Shown here: positions 38,901-48,738 of the stretch, piece by piece
Layout: each line of letters begins with the position of its first letter
Numbering within the stretch: position 1 is the stretch's first letter
Assembly: GCA_963811165.1 (NCBI GenBank)
Contig: CAWEQH010000008.1
Coordinates: 224,001-288,000, forward strand
Reading direction: 5' to 3'
DNA from: an uncultured Nitrospiraceae bacterium
GTDB lineage: Bacteria > Nitrospirota > Thermodesulfovibrionia > Thermodesulfovibrionales > UBA6898
DNA length: 64,000 nucleotides
The notes under the pieces: model-generated
What the model saw: the letters and a program-made list of their open reading frames with translations, nothing else
The model's database searches: none
Told to the model about the DNA's origin: nothing
Position numbers and translations under genes: made by a program

Positions 38901-40262
38901 GCCTTGTTCATCTCGAAATCCACGACCACGCCGTTTCTGAGAGAGATGAATTTCGAGTCCTGGCCGCCGATCTCGAAAATGGTGTCAACGTCCTTATCTA
39001 TAAGGGCCGCGGCCGTCGCCTGGGCAGTGATCTCGTTTTTTACGATGTCCGCCCCAATGTAATCTGCGATCATGTATCTCCCCGACCCCGTAGTCCCTAC
39101 GCCGCATATCAGCACGTCGCTGCCTATTTCAAGGCCGATTTCTTCCAGCCCCTGTTTAACAGCCTCTATCGGTCTGCCTGCGGTCATCAGATAACGTTTG
39201 GCAAGCAGCCTGCAGTCTTCATCTATGACCGCAAGGTTCGTGCTTATCGAGCCGATATCGACTCCGAGATAGGCGCGTAAAGGCCGCGAAACGTGAGGCG
39301 AGAGGGGAGAGGGGTTTCCATTTTGCAGGGGCGGGGTTACTCCCGCCCCTACTGTCTTTAAGGTGTCTTTCAAAAAAATCCTCCCCCTTCTGTACGAGAG
39401 GTTTATGTCCTTTCTCAGAGGGCCTGCTCGAATTCAGGAATTCTTCCAGCTTCCTCAAATCGAATGGCTGAGGTCTCTTTGCCTCCATATTCTTTAATCC
39501 GGCTCCTATGGCCCCCATCAACGCATGTTCTTTGGGCACAATCAGGTCTTCGATCCCGAATATCTCTTTAAATGCCCTTACCATGCCGGCGTTTGCGGCG
39601 ACGCCGCCTTGAAAGGATACAGGGCGGCTTATCTGCCTTCCCCTGGCGATGGAACCTTTGAAGTTTCTTGCAACGGCGAAACAGAGGCCCGCGACAATGT
39701 CCTCTACCGGGGTCGCGATCTGCTGGAGGTGGATCATATCGGATTTGGCAAAGACGCTGCACCTTCCTGCGATACGCGGAGGGGTCTTGGATTTAAGGCA
39801 GAGTGAGCTGAATTCCTCGATAGAAAGCCTGAGCCTCTCCGCCTGCTGGTCAAGGAAAGAGCCCGTGCCTGCGGCGCAGACAGAATTCATCGCGAAATCT
39901 TTTGCCGAAAGGGAGTCCTCGCCCAAGACGATGAGTTTGGAATCTTCGCCGCCGAGTTCGATTACCGATTTGACGTGGGGATAGAGCCTGCGGGTGGCAT
40001 ACGCATACGCCACGACCTCATTGACAGGTTCGATGCCGAGTATTTGGCCGATCAGCCTCCCTGCCGAACCGGTGAGAGAGAGTGAAAGATCCTTACCCCC
40101 TGCCCCCGTCTCATGTTCTGTGGCTTTTATTAATATTTCAAGCGCCTGCGCCAGAGGCTGTCCCTTGTGCCTCTGATAAAAGCTATGCAGCATCTTGCCT
40201 TCTTTGTCGAAGACAACAAGTTTGACACTGACCGACCCTGCGTCGAGAGCGATATATTTCAT
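35964..40262 (-). CDS. Large acyl-CoA dehydratase activase-like protein (two ASKHA ATPase domains plus DUF2229-type domains); multiple frameshifts
   Basis: LDAGSVSVK and VDIGSISTN, two GGEDSK/GGQDSK, two CAAGTGSFL, CFPIK, FSCGPDSF, ECYP, GPCRFGQY and MPFGCMPG motifs, across ORFs 39219/38837/37384/37056/36194 plus a hand-read tail ending at 35964. Confidence 0.85.
38463..38489 (+). repeat. GTAG-type REP-like palindrome inside coding sequence (copy 1)
   Basis: GTAGGGGCGGGGTGACCCCGCCCCTGC. Confidence 0.75.
39325..39352 (-). repeat. GTAG-type REP-like palindrome inside coding sequence (copy 2)
   Basis: Minus strand GTAGGGGCGGG[A]GTAACCCCGCCCCTGC; differs from copy 1 by one substitution and one extra base. 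Confidence 0.75.
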
Positions 40263-40386
40263 CAGATTTCTTGGCGAATAAAATTTCTTAGATTATACCA
40301 CAGATTTTTTACATTACATGACTCAGGCATGGACGGTCTACGGCACTGCGAACCGACCGTACTGTACATTGACGCGCGGCTTTTGT

Positions 40387-41160
40387 TCAACTCCACTTCT
40401 GATCAGAGGGAGATGATGTCTCAGTCACGTTCTTACGAGGGCAGAAGCAGGCGAGAATACTTGTGCCTCTCAATTGGCTCGGAAGTACGTGACGGTCAAG
40501 GATCATAATATATGATATCAGCTTATGGACCAGCTTTCTTACGCCGCCTGGTCCTGTAAGCTTCGTCTCCCTTTTTATCCCAAGCTTGGCGAGAACATAC
40601 GCAGCGGGGTACACCAATCGGAAGAAGTATCCTCGCCATTTGATCTTCCAGCCGAGCCGGCCAGCGAGGTCTTCGATCATCTCCAGCGAGTATCTCCTGA
40701 AATGACAGTAAAATTCATCGTAATTAGACCACAGCTCCTGGCGGGCAGGGACAGTAAAGATCACATGGGCTGCATTTGGAAATGCATCGGCCAGATTCTG
40801 CAGAAAAGAGACGGGATCAGGGACATGTTCAATAACGTCAAGCAAAAGAAGCGCATCATACCGCTGTCTGTCAGCGGGAGAGAGGTCCATGGCATCGGTC
40901 TCGACCCGAATAAACTCCTCGGCCCCGGGAACAGGCGAGGCTTCTGAAATCTCTACGCCCGAACAGTTTACCCCTTTGTCTCGCAAGTACTTGACTGTGA
41001 TCCCTCGCCCGCATCCTATATCCAGAACAGCGGCATCAGGCACAGCAAGCGTCTTTACCGCATGTGCGATAACGCTGTTTCGCGCCAACTGCCACCAATG
41101 GTGCTCTATGCCGTCTGGATATGCATGTTCGTATTGATTCTGACAAAAGTTAGTACTCAT
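40387..41160 (-). CDS. Class I SAM-dependent methyltransferase (glycan-cluster type)
   Basis: HWWQLARN, VLDIGCGRG, LDVIEH and TVPA..LWS.YDEF..HFRRYS motifs. Confidence 0.85.
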   Translation of the reverse strand: MSTNFCQNQYEHAYPDGIEHHWWQLARNSVIAHAVKTLAVPDAAVLDIGCGRGITVKYLRDKGVNCSGVEISEASPVPGAEEFIRVETDAMDLSPADRQRYDALLLLDVIEHVPDPVSFLQNLADAFPNAAHVIFTVPARQELWSNYDEFYCHFRRYSLEMIEDLAGRLGWKIKWRGYFFRLVYPAAYVLAKLGIKRETKLTGPGGVRKLVHKLISYIMILDRHVLPSQLRGTSILACFCPRKNVTETSSPSDQKWS

Positions 41161-41422
41161 CAACTGCTATAGAAAATATATGACTTGCTACATAATTCAT
41201 CAAATCGATCTTCCATAATTTGACTATAGCATTATTGAATCGATCGAGAAAAGTATCTCTGATGATTATGCTGCGATGAAAATCGGACTTGATTATGTTT
41301 TCCTGAAATATCGTTATCGTTCATTGATTATGGTAAGGCATTATATGACAAATTGGACGGCAGATCTGTATTGATCCCATATTGCCTTTGATTGCCGTGA
41401 ATTGTTTTTCCTGGTCTTTAAG

Positions 41423-41437
41423 TGACAAAAATTGTCA
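41423..41437. promoter_or_regulatory. Candidate enhancer-binding protein (PilR/NtrC-family) site
   Basis: Palindrome TGACA-AAAAT-TGTCA about 85-100 bp upstream of the sigma54 motif; a related half-site TGACAAATT lies at 41346. Confidence 0.55.
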
Positions 41438-41520
41438 TTCTTCTTGACTTTTGTTATCTTTTCGAATAATTTATATGTGTTTCTACCAACTGATTAAGAT
41501 TTTGATAAAAAAATGCAGAT

Positions 41521-41536
41521 TGGCATACTAAATGCT
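41521..41536 (+). promoter_or_regulatory. sigma54 (-24/-12) promoter of the pilin operon
   Basis: TGGCATACTAAATGCT, GG-N10-GC spacing. Confidence 0.8.
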
Positions 41537-41647
41537 TTAATATTTCACAATAGATTCCTTAAATTATTTTAAGGAGGTGATGATTAAGGCTTTATTTTTG
41601 GTGAATTCTGCGACCCTTGGTCGTAATATTCTAAAGGAGGTTTGATT

Positions 41648-42217
41648 ATGTATAAGGCAGTCAATAATTTGAAGGATCAAAAAGGTTTTACCCTCATCGA
41701 ACTCCTGATCGTTGTGGCAATTATCGGTATCCTTGCGGCAATAGCGATCCCGGGCTACATCGGCATGCAGGAAAGGTCGAGGAAGGGCGCGGTCATACGG
41801 GCTGCAGGAGCTTCGGAACCAGAACTCCAGGCATGGATCAATTCGGCAAAAAAGGGCTTGGCCAAACAGCAGGAAAATGTCATTGAGGTTGATTCAAACG
41901 GTGACGGTCAGATTACCTCTGACGGCAAGGACGAGAACAATGGTTCATTAGGAGCCGACTTAATTGCGGGGAATCTTTGTTCGGCATATATCTCCGCCAA
42001 ATGGAACCTGAATAAAGAGCTGTCGCCGTGGGATCCGACCATAAGCCTCTGGCATGATGCGGGCCTAGTTGCGACGACAAATATCGACGATACGATGGCT
42101 GCTGATGCCGCCTCGCTATCCCGCATTAATTGCGCACAGACGAGCAACAGGATTGACCTTTACGCAGTGGATAAGGCCAACGGTGTTCTCCACAAGAAGT
42201 CTATCTATTCGGACTAG
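41648..42217 (+). CDS. pilA: Type IV pilin, probable major pilin
   Basis: Prepilin leader [25 protein letters not shown] (E5), two Cys in the globular domain, strong RBS, own terminator. Confidence 0.85.
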   Translation: MYKAVNNLKDQKGFTLIELLIVVAIIGILAAIAIPGYIGMQERSRKGAVIRAAGASEPELQAWINSAKKGLAKQQENVIEVDSNGDGQITSDGKDENNGSLGADLIAGNLCSAYISAKWNLNKELSPWDPTISLWHDAGLVATTNIDDTMAADAASLSRINCAQTSNRIDLYAVDKANGVLHKKSIYSD

Positions 42218-42219
42218 TT

Positions 42220-44055
42220 TTGAAGCGGTTATCCAATCTTTCCACCAGGGACTTGTTCCCTGGTGGGTTTTTTTATCTGGCGATACTCATCCTGTTTCTT
42301 TCATTCGGGTTCATACTCCTGTCACAGAGGGTATGGGACTATGACTTCTGGTGGCATATCGCCACCGGGAGATATATTGTCGATAATGGGCATCTTCCCA
42401 ACGCCGACCCCATTTCCTTCACATCTGTTCTCCCGGAAAACAGCAATCTCTATCCCGAAAGGGAAAAGTTTATTCTGACCCAATACTGGCTTGCTCAGAG
42501 CCTTATGTATGTTCTGTACCAGAAATTCGGTGCGACGGGTATCGGACTCCTGAGGACGATATTGCTCCTCGGTGCATTATATGCCGTTTACCGTGCCCTG
42601 AATAAACGCGGGGTCGCACCTTATATAACTTATCTCTCGCTTTTTCTCGCGGCAAGCAGCCTGAACAGGTTCTTCGGAGACCGGCCCGTGCTCTTTACTA
42701 TCTGCTTTAGCGTCGTATGTTTCGTTATGGTTGATGACTTTGTGCGCAAAAAAAGCAAGGCCTTTTATTTCCTCCCCATTCTGATGCTGGCGTGGGCAAA
42801 TCTCCACGGCGGTTTTATCCTCGGAATCGCAATTGTCCTAGTCTTTATGGCTATAGAGTGCGCAAAACTGATATTCGGCAGGAGCAGTTTTACGACAAAG
42901 GAAAAGATAATTTTCTTTTCGGTATTGCTTCTTGCGATAGGGGCCTCAGGGATAAACCCCAACGGCTTTTTCGCATTTCAGATCGCTTTTTCCAAAGAAT
43001 ATGCCCCTTTTTATCAGGGAATACAGGAGTACCAATCGCCTTTCTTTATTAGTAAGATGCAATTCGCCAGCCCCGACTATGCATATTTATCCGCACTATT
43101 TCTGTTCCCTGTTATCCTCATCCTGCGGAACAGGAAGTTCAACCCCGCGCATTTTATACTGCTCATCTTCCTGGCCGCAGAGAGCATATCGGCTGGCAGG
43201 TTTGCTGTTTACTATGGGCTCATTGCTTCCCTGGTCCTTGGAAATGAACTGGATCTCTGGCTAAAGGAACATCAGGACAAGTTCGTCATCAAACAGGCCC
43301 ATCTGAATATCGCTTTTTCCATAATCATGTTGGCGTCTTCTGTCCTCTACTTTGGCTCTTGGGCAAAACTCGATGCGTTCAAGATGAGAGAGTCCTCATG
43401 GATCGTCCCTAAAGCAGCGGCAGACTTTATCGGGAAGAACCATATAAGGGGCAATATGCTGAACGATATGGCGACAGGGGGATACCTTGCCTGGCGGCTC
43501 TATCCCGAAGTGAAGACCTTTATTGATACCAGAGCTTTGAACTATACTGTGATGAGGGAATATGCCTGGATGGCTAGGGCTACGGAATCAGCCTATGGCA
43601 GATCCGTGACTCCCGGCAAGACCCCATTATGGAAAAGGCTGATCGATCATTACAAGATAAACGTGATCGTATTCAGCCCGCTGGATGTATATGGTAATAT
43701 ATTGCCTCTCATCTTTAAACTCCTCGATGACGACAATTGGGTCCCGGTCTCTTCCCATGTGACGGCCATCGTTTTTGTGAAGAACGTACCCTGGAACAGG
43801 CCCATAATAGAAAAGTTCAGAATTCCAAAGGATGTTATTTATAACACCATCATCATGAAAGCATCTATAGCTGGGCAGCGTTACGAGAAAAATCCGTATT
43901 ATTTAGGAAGTCTTGGGGATGTGTTCCTAAAGATGGGAAGAAATGAAGATGCAATCAAGGCATTTGAAGATGCCCTAAAAAGGATGCCCGATAATCAGGA
44001 GATCAAGGATAAATTAGACAATCTGAGGAAAGAAAAAGCGGAGGTGAAGAAATGA
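42220..44055 (+). CDS. Polytopic membrane protein with C-terminal TPR; probable GT-C fold glycosyltransferase (start uncertain)
   Basis: [12 protein letters not shown] after TM1, [25 protein letters not shown]; many TM segments; TPR-like C-terminus. Confidence 0.65.
   Translation: MKRLSNLSTRDLFPGGFFYLAILILFLSFGFILLSQRVWDYDFWWHIATGRYIVDNGHLPNADPISFTSVLPENSNLYPEREKFILTQYWLAQSLMYVLYQKFGATGIGLLRTILLLGALYAVYRALNKRGVAPYITYLSLFLAASSLNRFFGDRPVLFTICFSVVCFVMVDDFVRKKSKAFYFLPILMLAWANLHGGFILGIAIVLVFMAIECAKLIFGRSSFTTKEKIIFFSVLLLAIGASGINPNGFFAFQIAFSKEYAPFYQGIQEYQSPFFISKMQFASPDYAYLSALFLFPVILILRNRKFNPAHFILLIFLAAESISAGRFAVYYGLIASLVLGNELDLWLKEHQDKFVIKQAHLNIAFSIIMLASSVLYFGSWAKLDAFKMRESSWIVPKAAADFIGKNHIRGNMLNDMATGGYLAWRLYPEVKTFIDTRALNYTVMREYAWMARATESAYGRSVTPGKTPLWKRLIDHYKINVIVFSPLDVYGNILPLIFKLLDDDNWVPVSSHVTAIVFVKNVPWNRPIIEKFRIPKDVIYNTIIMKASIAGQRYEKNPYYLGSLGDVFLKMGRNEDAIKAFEDALKRMPDNQEIKDKLDNLRKEKAEVKK
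42242..42274 (+). terminator. Intrinsic terminator after pilA
   Basis: CCACCAGGGA-CTTGT-TCCCTGGTGG-G-TTTTTTT. Confidence 0.85.
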
Positions 44056-44549
44056 ATAAAAAAGGTTTTACGCTTATCGAACTCCTGATAGTCATAGCGA
44101 TTATCGGTATCCTTGCAGCCATCGCCGTCCCTGGCTATATCGGCCAGCAAAAAAATGCTGCGAGGACAGAGGCATATACAAATTTACAAAATCTAAGTCT
44201 TCTTGAGGCGCAGTTTTTCGCGGATAATGGAAGATACACACTAATTATCGGCACTACAAATAGTAAAGATAATCTCGGAAATGTGCAAAAAATTCAGGCG
44301 GGTGGGAGCCCCGCAGATCCCACTAATGCCTTGCCAGGGTTCAGGCCCGGGGCCGGCCTAAACTTCAGCTACTGGATTGTAAACGGGCGACAGATAACAA
44401 ATGCCAATATCCTTGATGGAACTAATACCGGCACCGCGGCTGTCGCCGCCCCGGCACAGTGTTTTATTGCTTTTGCCCAAGGTAATACTGTTGGAAGGGT
44501 CCCGAATGAAACCTTTGCGATAGACTGCAATAACGTCAAAAACTTCTGA
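44052..44549 (+). CDS. Type IV pilin-like protein (PilE-like minor pilin)
   Basis: [33 protein letters not shown]-terminal Cys pair. Confidence 0.88.
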   Translation: MNKKGFTLIELLIVIAIIGILAAIAVPGYIGQQKNAARTEAYTNLQNLSLLEAQFFADNGRYTLIIGTTNSKDNLGNVQKIQAGGSPADPTNALPGFRPGAGLNFSYWIVNGRQITNANILDGTNTGTAAVAAPAQCFIAFAQGNTVGRVPNETFAIDCNNVKNF

Positions 44550-45478
44550 TGTCTACGGCCCCAGAATTTTCTATCATAATACCTGTTTGTAATGAAGAGG
44601 ATAATCTCTCTGCCCTCTATGATAGGCTATCTTCTGTGCTGGGGAAACTCGGTACCTATGAAATCATCCTTGTCGACGACGGGAGCAAAGACAGAAGCTG
44701 GCAATTGATAAAAGAACTCCACGAAAAGGACGGACGCGTCAGAGGCGTCAGTTTTTCAAGGAATTTCGGCCACCATATCGCCATCACTGCAGGGCTTGAC
44801 TATGCAAAGGGCCGGACGATAATCCTTATGGACGGCGACCTTCAGGACCAGCCCGAGGAGATACCGAAACTATGGGGAAAGTTATGTGAAGGCTACGACC
44901 TTGTCTACGGCATCAGAAAGGTAAAAAAGGATTCCTTGATGAAACGCTTCAATTCCTTTTTATTCTGGTGGTTACTGAATAAACTATCGGGGATAGATAT
45001 CCCGCGGAACCAAACCCTCCTGAGGATTTTCGACAAGAAAATACTGGATGTCCTTAAGGATATGAGGGAGAGGGCAAGGTTTATCCACGGGATGATCGCA
45101 TGGACAGGGTTTCGGACCGCACTTTTTGAAGTCGAGCATGCACGGCGGGAGCGCGGTGTGAGCAAATATAACACGATAAAGCTCTTCAGGCTTGCGTTTA
45201 ACGCCGTCACTTCTTTTTCCACAGTCCCTCTAAGGCTCGCAACGTACCTCGGTCTTTTAAGTGCAGGGGTCGGGCTTTGTTATGGGTTTTATTTTTTATA
45301 CAAAAAGATATTCCTCGGAATCCCGGTCCTGGGATATGCCTCTATTATCGTTGCCGTTCTCTTTGTCGGGGGTGTCCAGCTTTTAATACTTGGAATCATC
45401 GGGGAATATCTGGGAAGGGTTTATCAGGAAGTGCAGGCAAGACCTATCTACATTTTGAGGGATACGGTGCTTGATTAA
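44549..45478 (+). CDS. GT2 polyprenyl-phosphate glycosyltransferase (GtrB/ArnC-like)
   Basis: IIPVCNEE, VDDGSKD, SRNFGH, MDGDLQD, two C-terminal TMs, GIIGEYLGR. Confidence 0.9.
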   Translation: MSTAPEFSIIIPVCNEEDNLSALYDRLSSVLGKLGTYEIILVDDGSKDRSWQLIKELHEKDGRVRGVSFSRNFGHHIAITAGLDYAKGRTIILMDGDLQDQPEEIPKLWGKLCEGYDLVYGIRKVKKDSLMKRFNSFLFWWLLNKLSGIDIPRNQTLLRIFDKKILDVLKDMRERARFIHGMIAWTGFRTALFEVEHARRERGVSKYNTIKLFRLAFNAVTSFSTVPLRLATYLGLLSAGVGLCYGFYFLYKKIFLGIPVLGYASIIVAVLFVGGVQLLILGIIGEYLGRVYQEVQARPIYILRDTVLD

Positions 45479-46178
45479 GGAACTTGCATGGGACAGCGCA
45501 TTTTTTAAAAGGAAGATCGGCACATTAACCAAGGTACCGTCCGACGAGGTTTTGCGAAAACTTCTCCGCAGGGCGCAGAAAGACAACTATCTCTACCTCA
45601 CATCCAGGGTCAGCATAAGAAGCGTGTCGGAGATTCAGCTCCTTGAAAAAAACGGGTTTTATTTGACCGATGTAGGTGTAGTTTGGGAAAGACAAACCAA
45701 CGCGGATTTTAGTCCCTCAATTTCAGTTACAGAGGCAAGTAGTAGGGATGCAGCTATGCTGAAAAAGATCAGCGGGGGTCTTTTTAAAGACGGCCGTTTT
45801 TATAATGACCCTTTTTTTTCTTATGATGAAGCCGAAAAACTCTATCAGGCATGGATCGACAGCTCTTTCAAGGACAGAGAGATTACGATATTTCATGTTG
45901 CGAAAAAGGGGTTTATTACATGTAAGAAACTTTCCAGGGGCAGAGGAGGCATCCCTCTTATTGGTGTGATAGCTGGAGATCAGGGGAAGGGGATAGGAAG
46001 CAACTTGGTGTATAAGGCGCTCGAATGGTTTAGCATGGCCGGGATGAAGACTGTTACAGTCCGGACCCAGGCGAACAATATAAAAGCTATGAATTTTTAT
46101 AAAGGTATAGGATTTAGTGTAAAATATGTGGACGCGACGATGGGGTTAATCTTGAAGAAGGGAAGTACAGAGGAATAA
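45471..46178 (+). CDS. GNAT acetyltransferase, WecD (TDP-fucosamine acetyltransferase)-like
   Basis: LAWDSAFF, GRFYNDP, LYQAWI, QGKGIG and VRTQANN..A..FY..GF motifs. Confidence 0.8.
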   Translation: MIKELAWDSAFFKRKIGTLTKVPSDEVLRKLLRRAQKDNYLYLTSRVSIRSVSEIQLLEKNGFYLTDVGVVWERQTNADFSPSISVTEASSRDAAMLKKISGGLFKDGRFYNDPFFSYDEAEKLYQAWIDSSFKDREITIFHVAKKGFITCKKLSRGRGGIPLIGVIAGDQGKGIGSNLVYKALEWFSMAGMKTVTVRTQANNIKAMNFYKGIGFSVKYVDATMGLILKKGSTEE

Positions 46179-46273
46179 GCAATGTTGTTTGGGTCTCCTA
46201 GAATCAATTGTAAAAATGTGATGTGCAGTAGCAAAAAAAACTGTCGCAAAGAAAACTCCACTATCCAAATATC

Positions 46274-47245
46274 ATGAAACCTCTATTGTCTATTATTATA
46301 CCCGTCTTGAATGAAGAAAAGGTTTTTCCGGAACTCCTGAACCGGATCGAGACATTATGTCTAAAAATGCAGGATTCGTATGATTATGAAGTATTGTTCA
46401 TAGACGACGGCAGTGTTGACGGGACCTGGGAAATGATAAAGGCAGCCGCGGGGAAGCGCGAATATATACGGGGTTTTTCCTTTGCCCGTAATTTTGGTCA
46501 TCAGATCGCGCTAACGTGCGGGCATGAGTATGCGAAGGGCGATGCTATCTTAACGATGGATGCAGATCTGCAAGATCCTCCCGAACTGGTCGAACAGATG
46601 CTGTGTGAATGGAGGAACGGAGCGGATATCGTATTAGCGAAGCGAACCGCCCGTCAAGGTGAAAGTTCATTTAAACTAATCACCGCGCATGCATTTTACC
46701 GGCTCTTGGGTTTCCTTTCCCCTGTAAAGCTGCCTATCGATGTAGGGGACTTTCGTCTCCTCAGCAGTCGCGCAAACAAGATTCTAAAAGACATGCCGGA
46801 ACGTTCTCGGTACCTTCGCGGCTTGGTGGGCTGGATTGGATTGCCGACAAAGGTTATTGAGTACGAACGTCAGCAGAGGATGGCTGGTGAAACGAAATTT
46901 TCCCTGTCAAAGATGATAAAGTTTTCTTTGGATGGAATCATATCCATGTCGAGCAGGCCCTTAAAGTTGGCTTATATGTTTGCCCTACTCGGAAGTTTCC
47001 CTTTTTTACTTTTCTTATTGGGGAGCTTTATCGCATGGAAATGGTACAACGTCAGAATGGTTCCAGGCTGGGCTTCACTATTGCTGGCTATTGTTATCTT
47101 TGGATCTTTGATCATGATCATGCTTGGAGTGATCGGGGAATACGTCGCCCGGATCTATGACGATACCAAACAGCGTCCCCATTTTGTCCTTCGCGAGACT
47201 ACTGAAGATGCCCCGTCTTTTTTGAGAAGCCATGAACCGAATTGA
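46274..47245 (+). CDS. Second GT2 polyprenyl-phosphate glycosyltransferase (GtrB-like)
   Basis: IIPVLNEE, IDDGSVD, ARNFGHQ, MDADLQDPP, GDFRLLS, two TMs, GEYVARIY. Confidence 0.9.
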   Translation: MKPLLSIIIPVLNEEKVFPELLNRIETLCLKMQDSYDYEVLFIDDGSVDGTWEMIKAAAGKREYIRGFSFARNFGHQIALTCGHEYAKGDAILTMDADLQDPPELVEQMLCEWRNGADIVLAKRTARQGESSFKLITAHAFYRLLGFLSPVKLPIDVGDFRLLSSRANKILKDMPERSRYLRGLVGWIGLPTKVIEYERQQRMAGETKFSLSKMIKFSLDGIISMSSRPLKLAYMFALLGSFPFLLFLLGSFIAWKWYNVRMVPGWASLLLAIVIFGSLIMIMLGVIGEYVARIYDDTKQRPHFVLRETTEDAPSFLRSHEPN

Positions 47246-48042
47246 ACGCGAGCGTGTGCACCACAACAGGTGGGCACAGGAGGAAATACCCGATGTGTCT
47301 GGTGACTTTGATCACTTTCTAGCCCTTGAAAACAGGTGGATCATTCAACATCTTCCGCCCCTTGCCGGACTCAAAATTCTGGATATCGGATGCGGGTTGG
47401 GAGAGGCAAGTCTTTTTTTTTGCCCGCAGGGGGGCGTGTGTAACTGCAGTCGATCTTTCGGTAGAAATGGTAAAACACTCTATAGCTGCGGCTCAACGTG
47501 AGGGCTTGGGTATTAAGGGAATAGTAACTTCAGCAGAAGAACTAGAGACTGGCAATGAAAAATATGACGTGGTTTATATAGCAAATGTACTTCATCACCT
47601 TGAACGCCCTCCAGATTTAATAAGGAAAGTCGCAAAGGTGCTGAAGCCCGATGGTATGGCCTTCTTTACAGAGCCCTTACGATATAATCCTGTGATTAAT
47701 ATATATCGGCGTATGGCCGATAACGTCCGCACAAAAGATGAGCGTCCAGTCGGATTTGATATTCTTAAACAAATGGAAAAATATTTCGCCGACATACAAT
47801 GCAGCACTATGTGGTTTTTGTCATTGGTCATTTTTTTGAAATATTTTTTTATCGATGGAATTCATCCCAATACTGATCGCTACTGGAAGAGAATTCTGAG
47901 GGAACCGGAGACCACCCGTCGTTGGATGGAACCCTTGATCAAAATGGACGATTTTCTATGCAGATACATACCTCTGGTCAGATATCTGTGCTGGAATATT
48001 GTTGTTGTCGCAAAATGCCCCATTACCGGTGAGATGGAATGA
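47232..48042 (+). CDS. SAM-dependent methyltransferase, frameshifted in a T9 tract (47413-47421)
   Basis: ILDIGCGLG in ORF 47232 continues as VTAVDLS, NVLHHL and FTEPLRYNP in ORF 47326. Confidence 0.8.
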
Positions 48043-48728
48043 CTGGTTCATGGTGGCCCTCAGTAAGCGATCCGCGTTATAGCCTGATTGCGAATGCATA
48101 CCGAAGCTTCGGACGGTGGAGCGGGGCCTACTCAAAAATCAGAATGGCACTTTGTCCCCTTCTTGATATCGAAAGGTCTTTGCCCGCAACAGGCAAGTTG
48201 ATAGATGTGGGGTGCGGCGCCGGCTTGCTTTTGCAATGGCTCGCTCTTGGCCAGAAAAATGACAAACGACAATTAATAGGTATGGAGATTGATTCCCGCC
48301 GCGTCGCGTTGGGAAAACAGGTGTGCGACAGGCTCGCAGTAAATGGTCGTATAGACCTTCGCCTTCAGCCTTTCGGAAAAGAGAATCGCGATAAAGATCT
48401 GACAGCTGTAGTTTTTGTCGACGTCCTTCATCATATGGAGTACGACTTGCAAATAAAGATGCTATCGCATGCTTTCGAGTTGCTCGATCATGACGGCATG
48501 GTGCTAATTAAAGAGGTCGGATCCACGCCGGTCATGAAATTCTGGTATTGTTATGTCTTCGATGCGATGACGCGAGCTACACACATCACTCAGGGTAAGG
48601 TCGGATATTATCGTTCCCAGTCCGGATGGGTGTCGCTTCTTTCGGAATGCGGCTTTCGGCCCTGCGTTACCCCGGTCAAGCACATCGATTTTGCGCCTCA
48701 TATACTGATAACCGGCAAGAAGCCGTAA
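48039..48728 (+). CDS. SAM-dependent methyltransferase
   Basis: LIDVGCGAG, GMEID, VDVLHH and VLIKE motifs. Confidence 0.85.
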   Translation: MTGSWWPSVSDPRYSLIANAYRSFGRWSGAYSKIRMALCPLLDIERSLPATGKLIDVGCGAGLLLQWLALGQKNDKRQLIGMEIDSRRVALGKQVCDRLAVNGRIDLRLQPFGKENRDKDLTAVVFVDVLHHMEYDLQIKMLSHAFELLDHDGMVLIKEVGSTPVMKFWYCYVFDAMTRATHITQGKVGYYRSQSGWVSLLSECGFRPCVTPVKHIDFAPHILITGKKP

Positions 48729-48738
48729 GGGTTTTTGA

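Noticed and set aside
41179..41194. TATGA-N6-ACATA as a third CRP/FNR box
   Set aside because: One mismatch, AT-rich background, and too near the methyltransferase start to fit the 21-bp geometry.
41678..41757. Direct repeat shared with 44059-44138 as a recombination or antigenic-variation cassette
   Set aside because: The similarity is explained by the conserved pilin N-terminal helix; both genes are complete and differ at many synonymous sites.
41648..42217. Electrically conductive (e-pilin) interpretation of pilA
   Set aside because: Full-length pilin with a large globular domain and long aromatic-free stretches; not the short aromatic-dense type.
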